From the NCBI RefSeq assembly GCF_009914755.1, contig NC_060928.1: DNA of 64,000 bases; one strand, 5' to 3'. The translations under genes and the position numbers were made by a program. The notes beneath the pieces are model-generated. The model had not been told where the DNA came from, made no database searches, and saw nothing but the letters and a program-made list of their open reading frames with translations. Positions 1 through 17,172 of this stretch are shown in pieces. Every line of letters begins with the position of its first letter. Positions within the stretch are counted from its first letter, which is position 1. This stretch comes from the human T2T-CHM13v2.0 reference genome, Homo sapiens.

Positions 1-2575
1 ATTTCAACACGAGTTTTAAAGGAGACAAACATTCAAACCATATCCCTGGCCCTTCAAAACTCATCTTCTCACATATAAAATACGTTGATTCCATCCTAAA
101 AGCCCCACAAGTTTTAACTTGTTCCAGCATCAACTCAGAAGTCCAAGTCCAAAGTCTCATCTAAATCAGACAAAGATGAGACTTAAGGAGCAATTCATCC
201 TGAGACAAATTCCCCTCTAGCTGTGAGACTGTGAACTCAAGCATGGTAGTTATCTACTTCCAAAATGCAATGATAGCACAGACACAGAATAAATATTCCC
301 AATTTAAAAGGGAGAATTACACAAAAAAAGGACAAATAGGTTCTAAGTAAGTCCAAAACCCAATAGTGTAAACAACATTAAATCTTTAGCCTGTAGAAAA
401 TCTCTGATTTCCTGTCCTGCCTTGTGGGCTCTTTAGGGTGGGGTTTGGGCTCCCAAGGCCTTAGGGAGTATTGCCTCTATGGCTTTGCTAGGCTCAGCTC
501 ATGCAGTAGCTCTAATAGGTTGCCCATACCTCTTCCAGGCTGGTGGTGTAGTTTAGTGTTTATATAATACTGGGTCTCAGGTGTGGTGCAACCCCTAACC
601 CCCACCCCTGTGGACTTTCTGTGGCTACTCCACCCTTGTTTCTGGTCTCCATAGCATCCTTTGAAATTTAGGTGGAATCATCTACTACTCCCCAACTCAT
701 GAACTCTGTGTGCCCACAGAATTAAAACTATGTGGACACTGGTGAGGTTCATCACCTGTACCTGCGAGAGCAACAGGTGGAGCCAACCTAGGATGGCTGG
801 AGCCATGGCTGGGATGGCTGAGGAATGCTGTACTAGAATGTGGGGAGCAGTTACTTGAGGTAGTACAGGGCAGTGAATGCTAAGCTTCCATGGGCATGTT
901 AAGCCTCTCCTTTGAAATTTTTCTGCTTTCAATGTCCTAGCATTCCAGGCTTATGATGGGAGGGCCAGCTTTGAAGATTTCTGAAATATCTCTGGGATCA
1001 TTCTTCCATTGTATTGATGAGTAGCACCTGGCTTTCTTCTATTCAAACTAATCTTATCAAAAGGCTGCTTGGTCATACCCTTGGTTTTCTCTCCTAAACA
1101 AGCCTTTTCATTCTTTACCTGACCAGGCTGGAAATTTTCTGTATCTTTATATTCTGTTTTACTTTTAATTATAAATTCCATCTTTAAATCATTTCCCTCT
1201 TCTCACATTTTACTATATGCAATTAAAAGGAGTCACACAGCACCCTGAAAGCTTTGCTGCTTACAGATTTCTTCCATCAGATACCCTAGTTCATTGCTCT
1301 TCAATTCTGTCTTCCATAAAGCCTTTGGGCAGGAACACAAGCCAGCCAATTTCTTTGACATTTTGTAACAGGGTGACCCTTTATCCAGTTTCCAATAAGA
1401 TATTCCTCATTTCTAAGACTTCATCAGAATGTTCTTCAATGTTCATATTTCTATCAACATTTTGATATTAACCAGTAATGTAATCTCTAAGAAGTTTGAG
1501 ACCTTTCTTACACCTTTCCTCTTTTGAGCCCTGAACAGAATTACCCTACATGCTTCATTCATGGAAATACAGGTTTGTTTGTTTTTTCCAGTGTCTACTC
1601 ACTACCCAGTTTCATAGCCATTCCTGCATTTTCAGGTATTTGTTAAATCAACACTCCATTTCTCTGGTATCAATTTCTGTCTTAATATATTTTGTGCTGT
1701 TGCAGAATACCACAGATGGAGTAGTTTATAATAAACAGAAATTTATTGGCTCACAGTTCTGGAGGCTGATGCCATCCAAAAGACCATCAGGATGGCTAAA
1801 TAGTAGAAAGGAAAGCTTTATTGGTGATATTAGTTTGCAAATGGGGAAGAAACAGTCTTCAGCATGTGCCAAAGGTGCTCTCTCTTTGATGAGGTGAAGA
1901 GCAGCTTGGTTTTGTGCCTCACATAAAACATACATCCCATGTTCACTTTGGGGTGGAGGGCAATAAAATGAGGTAAAATTTGGCTCTTTATGTCAAAAAG
2001 TGAACTACAGAACATAAAGATGGTTAGTGTACACCCTCTATAAGCTGGCTGAAACTGGCTTAGGTCTGCAGTAGCTTATCAGAAAAGAACGTTTTTAAGG
2101 CCAGTCCTCTGTCTGATCAGAGTTGTCTGCTCTGGGTTGTAAATCAGAGTTAGAAAGGGCTTGATAATTTCTATTTTTAGGGAGTTTAGCCATTGGAGTT
2201 TAGGGAGCTACCATGCTGGATGCCTTGAATCTTCAACTAATAGATGACTTTGTTTCCATAACCTTAGTGTCCATCTGACCTGATAAAGGGGCATGTATTT
2301 TGGTCTTGCAGATTGCACTGGTAGGTCCAATATCTTGGTGCTGGCATCTGGTCAGGGCCTTCTTGCAGTGTCATTGCATGCCTGGCAAAGACAAAATGGT
2401 GACAGAGCAGGAGGGGGTGAACTCACCCTTTTATAATGGCTGTAATACCACACTGGGATGGCACAGGCCTTCATGGACTAATCATGTCTTAAAGGTGCCA
2501 CTTCTTAATACTGCTACAATGTCAATTACATTTCAACATGAGCTGAAATTTGGAGGGGACATTCAAATCATAGCA
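1..2575 (-). mobile_element. MaLR element (MST/MLT1A-like): partial LTR 1-44, internal region ~45-1677, LTR 1678-2575 interrupted by another LTR
   Basis: Matching LTR termini 'tttcaaca..gag..ggggac attcaaa(c/t)cata' at 1-44 and 2531-2575. MaLR hallmark 'aatttattggctcacagttctggaggctg' at ~1740-1768. MST-int-like sequence lies between them. Confidence 0.85.
1769..2317 (-). mobile_element. ERV1 (MER4-group-like) solo LTR nested in the MaLR LTR
   Basis: The MaLR LTR breaks at 'ggaggctg' and resumes at 'ctggtaggtccaa' (2318). The ~550-bp insert has an antisense AATAAA ('ctttattgg') and an LTR-like end. Exact family is uncertain. Confidence 0.7.
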
Positions 2576-2677
2576 CCTTCTTAATTCACATTTTATCTAG
2601 TACAAAGAAGTTAATGAAAATATCAAAACTACAATTGCTTTTTTCAAGAATTGTATATTTATGAACTTCAACAATAG

Positions 2678-4221
2678 TGATGGTGACAATGGCCCATATG
2701 GAGCGGCCACTGTGAGGATACTGGCTGCAGTCGGGGAGGCACAAGTGGGGCTGTGTACTCTGTGGAACCAGTGGGAGCTGGGAACAGGCGAGAGCCCTGC
2801 CTCCTGAGTTGGCGGGGCAGGAGTCTGTGCTCCCTGGCACAGCCACAGCCACCCCAGCATCCCTGAGCTCTTGGGGACCCAGGAAACCCCCTGCCCCTGC
2901 AACCTTGAAAGTGCTTGCTCTTGCTCCCTGACTCTTCCTGCTCCTGGCACCCACTTCAGGGCAGAGCAAAGTTGTGACTGTCACAACCTGGCTGGGTGTG
3001 TGTGCACTCAGGGAAGTGCTGACACACCAGCCCACTGCTGCCTTGGCTGCCTCTGGACTTTGAGCACCAACGAGCATGGGAGATGGGCTGGGGATGCTGA
3101 GGGTGGCTTGGTATGGGCCTGCAGGTGCTTCCTGGTGCAGACAGCCTGGACGCCATGGATTGCATGCTAAAGGCAGACAAGTTCCCAGGCAGGAAGTGGC
3201 GGGTCCCTGGTAAAACCCCACCTTCAATCCAGGGATGGCCTGAAGGCTGGGGGCCAGGCTGTCAGTTCCAGGCAAAGTCTGCAGCACAGAGTGAGAATTT
3301 CATTGATGACCATTTGGCCAATTGAATGGTACTTTTTCTAGGCCTGCCCATGGCCACTCATGGACCAGTCAGTATGCACTTCCTCAATTGTGAGCATATA
3401 AAAACCCCAGATTTAGCCAGACTCACACACTTGTTGGGATGATCTGCCTGAGAAAAGGAGCTACCCACTATGAGTCTCCTCTCCACTGAGAGTTGGATAC
3501 TCATTGGGACATCCTGCCTGTGGAAAGGAGCTACCAACTTTGGGTCTTCTGAGAGCTGTTCTGTCGCTCAATGATGCTCCTCTCCACCTTGCTCCAGTTG
3601 TCCATGTATCTCATTCTTCTCAGACATGGGACAAGAACTTGGGACCTGCTGAATGGAGGGACTGAAAGAACTGTAACACAAATGGCTGAAACATACACCT
3701 CCCCTGCTTGCCATGTTGCTGGTGACGAGAAGGAAAGAAGAGCTGTGGCCCTTTAGGGAGCCCAGACCTAGGGGCTCCCCGAGCCAGGGCTATGACATCC
3801 TCTTTGGGGCTCTGCAGTTCTTGGTGTCTCCAAGCTGCCAGGTGCCTCTATGTTCCCCTTGTCTAGATGTGAGTGCCCACAGTGGAAGCCGCTTGCAGCA
3901 CATCTATTCCAGCTGTATCCTTGCACAGAGCCAGCATGGGTGCTGGTGCCTGGGACCACCCAACCTGCCGCAGCAGCCGGCATGCCTGGCTGTGTGCAGT
4001 GGCCGGACCCTGCGCTTGCTTGCTCATACATCCCTTGCCTCTCGGTGCCTGACATGCCTTTGGCAGGCATGGGATCCGGGCCAGTGGTGCAAGCCAAGCT
4101 CAGCCAGCTTGGGTCGAGTGGGCAGAACGAGGCTAGCGGTGGTGAGCAAAACTTAAGCACAGGTAGTGTCAGCCACAGAGGTTTCCTGCTGGTGAAGTGA
4201 CACCCTAAGAATCCTCTGTCA
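2678..4221 (+). mobile_element. MER52 (ERV1) solo LTR
   Basis: TG...CA ends. The GC-rich start 'ggccc..tggagcggccactgtgaggatactggctgcag' is MER52-like. Flanks atag/atac give a 4-bp TSD with 1 mismatch. Confidence 0.85.
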
Positions 4222-4778
4222 ATACTAAACTCTTTTTTAATCCAAGAATGTTTTTAGTGATATAAACTCAGTTAGTGACTAGGAAATATATGCAAGTATC
4301 ACATGGCTTGAATGATAATAAGCTTAATTATGTGATGATTTTATCTCTGAAGTCATACAATATGTAATTATTTCAATAATAAGATTTTTTACTTGAGTAA
4401 AAGGGAGAAAATGATTACTGAACACTTTTAAATAATTTGATGGTATCCTGTATGGTGTCAATGATATTCTTTATTCTAACTTTTTGATACCGAACTTATG
4501 GTTGTACATAGAGAGCAAAGAACCAAATAATGGGTAATAGAATCCTTTGTTGTGTTTGTTTTCTGAAGAAGACAGATATAGTAACTTGGCATGAAATATA
4601 CGTATAATAATAAAATTCGACATAATAACAGCTTCATAGATTATTTTCACCAAGAATAAAGTCATAACAATTCTAAACTAGATTATCATTTTATACTCAG
4701 TATGATATTAAAATAAGTATTTTGCAACCAAGTAGTGACCTAGAGATTATGCAATGTCAAGATTAGAACATGCTTTCC

Positions 4779-5074
4779 AGCTGGGCACAGTGGCTCATGC
4801 CTGTAATCCCTGTACTTTGGGAGGCCAAAGTGGGCAGATCACTTGAGTCCAGGAGTTTGAGACCAGCCTGGCCAACTTAGTGAAACAGCATCTCTACTAA
4901 AACTACAAAAATTAGCCAGGCGTGGTAGGGGGTGCCTATAATCCTAGCTGCTTAGGAGGCTGGGACATGAGAATTGCTTGAACTCAGGAGGCAGAGGTTG
5001 CAGTAAGCCGAGATTGTGCCACCGCACTCCAGCCTAGCCTAGGTGACAGAGCGAGACTCTGTCTCAAAAACAAA
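4779..5074 (+). mobile_element. Alu (old AluS/J)
   Basis: Dimeric Alu consensus with A-rich linker and tail. Confidence 0.95.
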
Positions 5075-5682
5075 TATATATTTTCTGTATTTGATCATGT
5101 TAATGTACTATTAATATTATTTATAAATAAAAAGGTATAGAACAGAGCTCTTAAGTATTTATCCCCATGACATTATCTTAGAACATTAATGATATTCTTC
5201 TTCCTTTTCCCCGTATACCTCAGTCTCTTATGATTACTTCTTCTCAGGTTGGGATCAATGCCAAAAAGAAAGGTCCTTTAACTCACTTGCTGATAGCCTC
5301 TAGGTTCCTTTAGTCTTACAGGTACTCTTGGACTGTGTTCATGGAATCCTGCCTTCACTGTTCCCTACCCCTTCCTCAGCCTCATCAATAAAAAATACTG
5401 AGTATACACAATTCAGCTCTCAAATAAATATGTACATTTAAAAATAAATATAAAATAACTGGTCAAAGAGGTAGAACCACAGCTGCCCTGTCTCAGGGAG
5501 CATGTATACAAAAATGACAGTTTTTATATGATGCATCTGATACTCTGGGGGGAATAGGAGACAATAAGGGGGTTGGACATGCCAATTTGAGAAGCCATGG
5601 CTTTAACTGCTCTTGTAGTGTTCTTAGAATAATAAAAGTTCTAAATTGCACCCAACACATACATATATTATCAGATTATCAG

Positions 5683-5684
5683 TT

Positions 5685-5727
<43 letters not shown>

Positions 5728-6004
5728 TTTTGAGATGGACTTTCACTCTGTCACTCAGGCTGGAGTGCAGTGGCATGATCTTGGCTGGCTGCAGCCTCTG
5801 CCTCCTCAGATTCAAGCGATTCTTCTGCCTCAGCCTCCTGAGTAGCTTGGATTACAGGAACCTGCCACTATGCCCAGCTAAGTTTTTGTATTTTTAGTAG
5901 AGATGGGGTTTCACTGTGTTGGCCAGGCTGGTCTCGAACTCCTGATCTTGTGATTCAGCCTCCCAAAGTGCTGGGATTATAGGTGTGAGCCACCGCACCA
6001 GGCC
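5683..6004 (-). mobile_element. Alu (AluS) with (TTTA)n tail
   Basis: Antisense Alu consensus. The tail has become a (TTTA)n microsatellite at 5683-5730. Confidence 0.95.
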
Positions 6005-8342
6005 TATATGTTTTCTAACTTCCTGTTTCTTTGGAAAGTTGAATTGCCTCAGCAAGTAAATTTGATTTAAAAAATTCTTGCATTTGTCTTTCTTTGCTAT
6101 ATAGTTTATGAGAAGGAAGTCTTCAACGAAAACTTGTGTATTTTAAGCAATGAGATCTTTTATTTAAACTTGCATATTTAGAATGTCTTGCTTTTTGTAT
6201 ATTATCCAGTTAATGGAAAGCATCTTCCTACTAGCTCCAGTGTTTATGACTACATATTATCTTGAAGAAAAAAATGAAGTAATCTATCCCTTTTAAAGAA
6301 AAACATAATTTGAAATGTTTGACATTTTTATTTTGTTTTGATTATCTTCCTGAATTTCATGAAGCAAAAACATGGAATATAAAATATTACTTTTCAATAA
6401 AAAAACTTCCATAGAGAGTTACACTGAGAATCAAGAACTTTTTTTTTTTAAATTTCAAAAAGATTATCTACTTTTTTACTTTAGTTTCCCTAAGGCTTTT
6501 TTCTTCTGAATGAGAGTGCTTAAATATATTATTAACTTTACATAGAACTTTACTATTTAAAGACAGTGTTTTGCAGCCTCAGGAGACAACATAAAACTAG
6601 TGTGAGGAGGTTGTGAAGACTCAGACTGAAGAAATGGTTACACAAGGTCTTGAGTTGTCCTTACCATTCCTATTGTTTTCATTCATCTAACTTCTGGACC
6701 CTGAAGCTACTGCTTTTTTTCTCCAAGTAATACTATCTTTATGAGAAGTATAGGATGATGTAAGCAAAGCATTCAGAGGCAGAATTGCATTAGAAAATTG
6801 TTTTAAAAATATGAATCATTGTTAGGAAGCTCTCTAACATACGGTCACTTCAGGCATTCTAGCAAAGGAGGTCTTATTTGCTTGAATTGTACAGAAATTG
6901 TTTCTCATCTAATAATTTTATCTTTAGACAAAGTGTCTCCCTTCTCCTTTTAAAAATGAAATCTACTTATTTTTCTACTTATGGAAGCTATCTACAAATA
7001 TACCAACTTTATATATGTTTTAAAATATTAATTATGTTAAAATAAAATTAGATGAGTATCAATTCCACAAGGGCAGCGATGTTTTATTTTTCTATCTCCG
7101 GAAACTTATGGACACAAGGTTACTTAATAAAACTAGACCCAGATTATTGCGATAAAACATTCTGCACATTTCTCAGTATGGTGTTTCTTTGTTCTTGTTT
7201 TAGTTTTATAAAGTTTGAGGAATTAAAAAATTTTAAAACAGTTTGATAACCATGGAAACTTTTCTAAGTTAATAGTCTGTCCACAAATTATCATTTTCCT
7301 CTATAGTATCCTAAACTGAGAGCTCTAGGAAAGGGTGGGATTGATTACATCTATTAATAAATATCTTTGCAAATCTGAGTTGTACTGCATGGTATGAGTT
7401 GTATTGCATGGCATGTATGGCATGAGATAAATTTATTTCTAGTCCATCTTAACACAATGAATGATCCATAAAATTATTTCAGCACCAGTTATGGGAGAAG
7501 AAGTGACAAATTTTTTTTTCTGTAAAATATTTCACGAACGCATGAACATACTCTGATACTTTTTTCCCGAGGCACACACAACAAATTGAATCTATTATAG
7601 AATATCATTGGTTTTCAGTTTTATTTTCTAGAAAATATGACCACATTTTAACCAAGGGGGATGTTACCAGAGTTGTTTCATTACTTTTATAGTACCTGCA
7701 GTTTTTAAGTCTCAACATTTATATTGCGAAGGGACTCTTCCCTCTCTAGTACTTTAAAATGTTATCATATCCATTGGGTAAATCAACATTGCTTCATACC
7801 AGGCTAAGAAGTTTTATTGTTGGATATCTGGTTTTTGTGAATTCAAAACATTTTAATGGTTTTCTTTTTCTTATGATTTGGTTATTTTATGAACTTTTCT
7901 TTCAATTTTGAAAGTTATCGATAAAGAAAATTTCTTTATGGAGATACTTTTCTCATGTAGGGGATATTTCAAACTCAACAATCCTCTGGATTTCTGCATC
8001 ATTTATATGTAGTGCACGGATACAATTCCATCTAGTTACAGTTGAAATGGCTTGCAGTTTTATGATTTTTTATAGGTTACATAAACTTATGCACAAGCAC
8101 TGATATCTTGGCTTGATGTGTAAAGTCATTTTCAAACCTTTCAGTGACTTTCAAAATATGACTTATTGACCTCTGTGCAGATGCTTCAGCCGCCACTGCC
8201 CACAAAGTGGAGGGCTTTCCTTGTCAACTTTCACCCTCTCCATCAGAGCAGTTCTGCTTTTATTGGTTGAATATATGTCCTTATGGCTGAAATAAGTTTG
8301 AAAACTAATACATCCCCTTTACTTCATGAAGCAATTCATTTA

Positions 8343-8400
8343 TTAGGTAATGCCTTTAAAGGTAAAGGCAAAACCACAATTACTTTTGCACCAAAATAAT
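8343..8400. mobile_element. MADE1 (Hsmar1 mariner MITE), partial
   Basis: 'ggcaaaaccacaattacttttgcaccaa' matches one MADE1 arm. The other arm is reduced to 'ttaggt'. Confidence 0.75.
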
Positions 8401-9536
8401 ACAATGACTGTTTATTTGAGATTTGCATGAGGTGTGATTCAGGCAGTGAATTAAAGTTATTTGTAGAGGGTAAGAACAATCTAAACGTTGAAAGGTATCT
8501 TACTTTCTTGAGGGTTCCCAAAACTGCCCTTAGGCTCAATTCTTTGCAAAAAAGACTCAGAGGACTCAGAAAAGTTATTAGGCTTATACAGCACCTCCTC
8601 ACCACTGACACATACAAATTTCTTTCCCACATTAGATGTGCAACCTTACACTGTCTAGAAGAATGAAAGATTGAAATTCTATATGCTTTTTTCCCCTTTT
8701 CTTAGAGAAATGCCTTTTGTTCTCTACTTGGTTGGGAGAGGATATAAGATGGTATTAAATTTAGTCTCATGCTTGTGAGTCATTTTTTTTTTCTTGTGTT
8801 AAGTGCTGTGCTTAGACAGGAAAATGATTGCACTTCTAGCTCTACTTCTAGCAAAGTTGTTCTCATTTAGACCATTAAATACTCCCAATGGAACAAGTCA
8901 AGCTTATATCTCTAAAGAAAGAGGAAAAGAATATTTTAAAGGAGTATGTTTTTTCCTGCCTGTCTTGGCTTCATAAACATCTCTTGGCATTTAAGTGCAG
9001 CCAGAACACATTATCTATCAATATTTATATTTTCTCCAGGAACACCTGTATTCATTCATGAAGAAACTCTTATGACAAAAGGCAGGACTTTGATAAACAA
9101 CATGAACAATATGTACCAAGAAATAGATGTATAAAACAGTATGGATTCAAGGCACCACAAACAGTCCTCTCTTTTTTTCCCTAGAGAATAAAGAGTACTG
9201 CTGGGTAGGTGGCATGTGGACGGCTTTTCCAGAATGGCTTTAAATGAAGTTTGCGTAACATATGAGGAATTCAAGACTTTGAGACCAGTTATTTTCTGCT
9301 TGCCACCCTGCAAAAACAATACTAGAAGCAAGGGAAGGTTAAAGTTTAGAGAGAAAATCAACATAAGAAACCAGTTTTCAGTTTAGGTGTGCAGGAGTTA
9401 AAGGTCAGGTGCTGGAGTCAGAGAACTTTCTCTGCCAGGTTGATAAGGGATTAGAGAGAAGAGAGAGACAGGGGTGAAATCTTGGGCTCTAGAACAATTT
9501 TTGATTCAAGACACCGGTAAAGCTCAGTGAGTAAAA

Positions 9537-9808
9537 GGTGTGGTGGCTCGTGCCTGTAATCCTAGCACCTGAGGTCAGTAGTTCAAGACCAGCCTGGCCA
9601 ACATGATGAAACCCCGTCTCCACGAAAAAAAACACAAAACTTAGCCAGGCATGTTGGTGGGTGCCTGTAAACCCAAGTACCCAGGAGGCTGAGGCAGGAG
9701 AATCGCTGGACCTGGGAGGCAGAGGCTGCAGTGAGCAGAGATCACACCACTGCACTCCAGCCTGGGCGACAGAGCAAGATTCTGTCTCAAAAAAAAAAAA
9801 AGAAAAAG
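9537..9808 (+). mobile_element. Alu (AluS) with a 27-bp left-arm deletion
   Basis: Alu consensus and poly-A tail, with an abnormal junction 'cctagcac|ctgaggtcag'. Confidence 0.95.
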
Positions 9809-9868
9809 AGTTTCTGCTTCATTTTTGCGGTTTGATCCTCCAGAAGTAAGTTCCTTTAGTTTCCTATC

Positions 9869-9967
9869 TACATGGTTCCCAATTTACAATGGTTTGACTT
9901 ATGATGTTTTGACTTTAATATGGGTTTACTGGGAGGTAATGCCATCATAAATCAAGAAGCATCTCTG
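9869..9967 (-). mobile_element. Short MER47/Tigger5-type MITE
   Basis: Both ends resemble the termini of the MER47 copy at 10564/14402. Confidence 0.65.
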
Positions 9968-10563
9968 ATTGCTATGTTATGCTATGTTTCTGGAAACTGT
10001 GAAAAATCCCAAATAGAGGACGATTCAGTATTACTTGTCCCCAAAGCAATCCTAACATTACTAAAATTTTCTTGGTCTGCTTCATAAATTGACATAAAAT
10101 GACTTTGGAGAATCTTTTCCTAAACATTTGCCATCCACAAGTATTGACTAATGCCTACAAGTTCCTTAAAGGGGTCAAATTATTACATTCCGCAATTACT
10201 ATTGTAAATTAATTTGTAAATAGTCTGGAGAATAAATTGAACAAAGTTTTATTCATTTCAGTTCTATGATTAAGCTGAATTAAAATCACAAGATAATACA
10301 GATTACAGAAATTGAACAAGTAGTTCTAGGCCAAAGATGCAATATATGAGGACACGGAGAGGGGATGGAGAAAGAACATGCAGTTCGCCAATTTGAAATG
10401 ATTTTTCTAATGTGTTTGGGAGTTTAGAAATAGGTAAATTTTTTAATGTAGTTACACAGATTATGTCATTTCTAGAATTTCATTTAGCATGATAATCAGG
10501 AGATGAACAACTTTCTGTGAATCATCTGAGGAATATACCCGAGAAAGTTAAAAAAAAATTGTA

Positions 10564-10840
10564 GAAATGTTCCTTGACTTTATGATGGCATTAAGCCCTT
10601 ATAGATCCATGTATGCTGAAAATATTTTAAGCCAAAAATGGATTTAATACACCTACCTTAATAAACATCATAACATAGCCTACCTTAAATGTGTTCAGAA
10701 CATTTATATTAGCCTACACTTGGGCATAATCATCATATGCAAATCCTACTTTATAATTAAGTGTTGAGTATCTCATGTAATTTATTGAATACTGTACTGA
10801 AAATGAAAAACAGAATGGTTTCTACTGAACATGTATTGTC
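10564..10840 (+). mobile_element. MER47A (Tigger5 MITE), left part
   Basis: 'atagcctaccttaaatgtgttcagaacatttatattagcctaca' and 'gaatactgtactgaaaatgaaaaacagaatgg' match MER47A. Preceded by TA. Confidence 0.8.
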
Positions 10841-11120
10841 TTTTTAAAATTTATTATTACTATACTTTAAGTTTTAGGGTACATGTGCACAATGTGCAGG
10901 TTAGTTACATATGTATACATGTGACATGCTGGTGCACTGCACCCACTAACTCGTCATCTAGCATTAGGTATATCTCCCAATGCTATCCCTCCCCCCTCCC
11001 CCCACCCCACAACAGTCCCCAGAGTGTGATGTTCCCCTTCCTGTGTCCATGTGTTCTCATTGTTCAATTCCCACCTATGAGTGAGAATATGCGGTGTTTG
11101 GTTTTTTGTTCTTGAGATAG

Positions 11121-14402
<3,282 letters not shown>

Positions 14403-15457
14403 TAGTTGATGAAGTCAAATTTTCGATGTTTACTTATTGGAAAAATATATCTATCTACTACATTGTTGAAAGAAAATAACTTTATGATGAATATTCCTTA
14501 GTATGGTATTGGTTTTATATTATTGTTTAATGGAGGATGTTAGATCTTTAAGTGATTTCTGATAGAGTTTTAATTAATCTATTTGTTATTTGTATATTAG
14601 TCATCAATAATGGATTAAGCCTGATTCATTAAACACCGTTAGTTCACTTTCCACTCAAAACAGTGGCCACTACGGCTGTAGATGCATTCAGTTGTCTAGT
14701 GTTCTAAACTCCATTGCCAATTTCTACATCATTATATCATTTCTTAAAGCCAATTAAAATGCATATGTTAAGAATTTTCTCTAAAGGGAGATATCTGTTA
14801 GTGCGAAGAACAATTACAGTTGTTGCCTGTGGACATCAGTTCCAAGAATTATTGCAATATGCATTGTTTTGATCTGTTTCAGTGTCATGTTGTGCATACA
14901 CTGGTCAGCTTCCAGCAATATTCTGTGGGATTTAAATTAATAACCAGATTATGAGCTGATATTGAAAAAAAGTTGGGACTCAAATTTAACAAAACGGAAA
15001 ATTCATCACCGGAAGTCAAGATAGACAGTGAAAAAAGCACTGTATTTTAAATGAGACCGCCATACTTTATATAATCTTAAAAAGCAGATTTGAAACTCAA
15101 AAGTAAAATAACACAAAATAATAATTGATTATTAAAAAGCTAATTACCCAATGGTAAAACGTTTCAAAATTCAGAAAAGTAAAATGTTTATCTCCCCTGA
15201 TAGAGGAACTAAGGAAATATTTTTTCACTCGTTAATAAAAAACGATGAAAAGAAAATTGCAGACTATGCAAATACTTCCAAATTGTCTCAGTAACTTTCA
15301 AAGCATGTCATATATTATGAACTAATCAAAATTATTAGCTTCCTAAAAGCCATACATTTTCTTGATTGTATAGCAATACGGTAGAATACTTGAGGCTAAG
15401 ATACTTGAAACATTTTAAAATATATATATCTGTGCAAGCTTGGTTTAAAATTTTCTG

Positions 15458-15788
15458 CTATCCATATAAAGCAATAAAATCATGTATTTTGCAGCAATAT
15501 GAATGGAGCTGGAGGTAATTATTCTAAATGAGTTCATGCAAGATTAGAAAACCAAATGCCACATGCCCTTACGTATAAGCGAGAGCTAAACATTCAGCAG
15601 CTATGGACATAATATGGGAACAACACTACTACTGTGGACTACTAGAGGGGGAGGGTGGGGGGGGGGGACATGGAGTGAAATCTACCCACTGGGTACGTGT
15701 TCACTATCTGGGTACAATATACCCATGTATCAAACCTGCCCATGTGCTCCTTATATATACAATAAAAGTTGAAAATAAAGAGAAAAAA
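15458..15788 (+). mobile_element. Older L1 3' end (L1PB/L1PA15-17-like)
   Basis: ORF2 end 'gcagcaatatgaatggagctggagg', G-tract, AATAAA and A-rich tail. Confidence 0.85.
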
Positions 15789-16954
15789 CTTAATATATCA
15801 TTGACTTTAGCTTCTTTGTTTCATAGAATGTAAATGGACATGCAGGGAGTTAAATAATTGGATTATAATTTAGATATCTTCCACTCAATATAGAAGTCTT
15901 TCTCCCCAGGAACTTTAATTAGCTTTGTTCAAAAATGTGTATTTATTTATTTATTTATCAGTGTTTGCATTTTGTTAAATCCAGTCAGTAAATGTAATTG
16001 AAATTGAACTTATTTCAAAACCTTATGAAATAAATAATAATTTAGAACTTTCATTAACTTAGTCTGGCCATTCCAATGGCCATCCAGATATTAATTTATT
16101 TTTACTCTCTTTTTAAAAGTAGTATATATTTTAGCTTTTTTATCACAAATTTAGTTATTGATCATAAACATAAAGGTTATGCATTCCTGAGCTCTGATGA
16201 ACTCTTTCCAATGTGGAGAAAAATTATAATTATATATGCATATTAAATTAAAAATGTATATCAGTAAACAATTTCTGCTATTTATTATTAAATAATAATA
16301 GAAAAATACATGTTTAAGAAAATATATAAGCAAATAATTCACTTGTTCACTTTTTAAGAAAGGGGTCACTGGGGAGTTTCTATATGAAGGGCATTTTGAT
16401 AGAGGAAATTGCAGAAAGTATACTATAAAATGTTTTTATCAAAAACTAAAGCAGTCAAAAAAAACACCTAGAATAAATGTAAATGTTTTTGTTTTTTATT
16501 TTTTGACTAATACTTTGGAAATTCTAATAGCAACACTTGAGTAAAGTGTTAATTTATAGGTAAAGGAAATATTTATTATTAGCATTAATAGTAGGTGTAG
16601 ATGGATTATCTGCCCCACTGCAGGAAATGTGTCCTAATGCAGATCTCATAGGTGCTATATTTGAACAGTTTCCACAGTAGACTAGCAGCCCTTTAGCTGC
16701 AGTTTTTGTGTTAGCCTTACTTCAAGATGGGTTACACATCAAGTAGTACCCTTTTCTTCAGCCTATCATTTTAATATTTATGAGTTAATTTGAACTCTAT
16801 ATCTAATGCTAGACTGTAGAAAACAGGTAAATTTTATCTTAGGCATAACTAATCATTTACTAATACAATTCACTTGATTCCTTCTCTCCTGACTCTAACA
16901 CGTTAAAGGCTAAATGTTGAATAGGTGACGTGTCAGTGCATTTGAGCTGCAACA

Positions 16955-17008
16955 GTGGAAATTTATTTCTCACAGTTCTGGAGGCTGGGAAGTCCAAGAT
17001 CAAGGCAC
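16955..17008 (-). mobile_element. MLT1/MST LTR fragment
   Basis: 'aatttatttctcacagttctggaggctgggaagtccaagatcaaggca'. Confidence 0.75.
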
Positions 17009-17144
17009 ACATTGTTTTTTTTCTGTTTGATTTATCTCATTTAAGATTTCCAATTGATAGAGTTTTGTTATCCATTGTATTTGTTAAGAAATTAGTGTCA
17101 AAAAGGAAATTACATGACTCTCCCTTCTTCAAAAAAGGAAGACT

Positions 17145-17172
17145 AGAGCGAGACTCCGTCACAAAAAATAAA
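17145..17172 (+). mobile_element. Extremely 5'-truncated Alu (last ~17 nt plus tail)
   Basis: 'agagcgagactccgtc' followed by an A-tail, flanked by the direct repeat aagactaga. Confidence 0.65.

Noticed and set aside
2586-4200. Overlapping ORFs of 100-233 aa
   Set aside because: They lie almost entirely in the GC-rich MER52 LTR, where stops are rare. No protein motifs.
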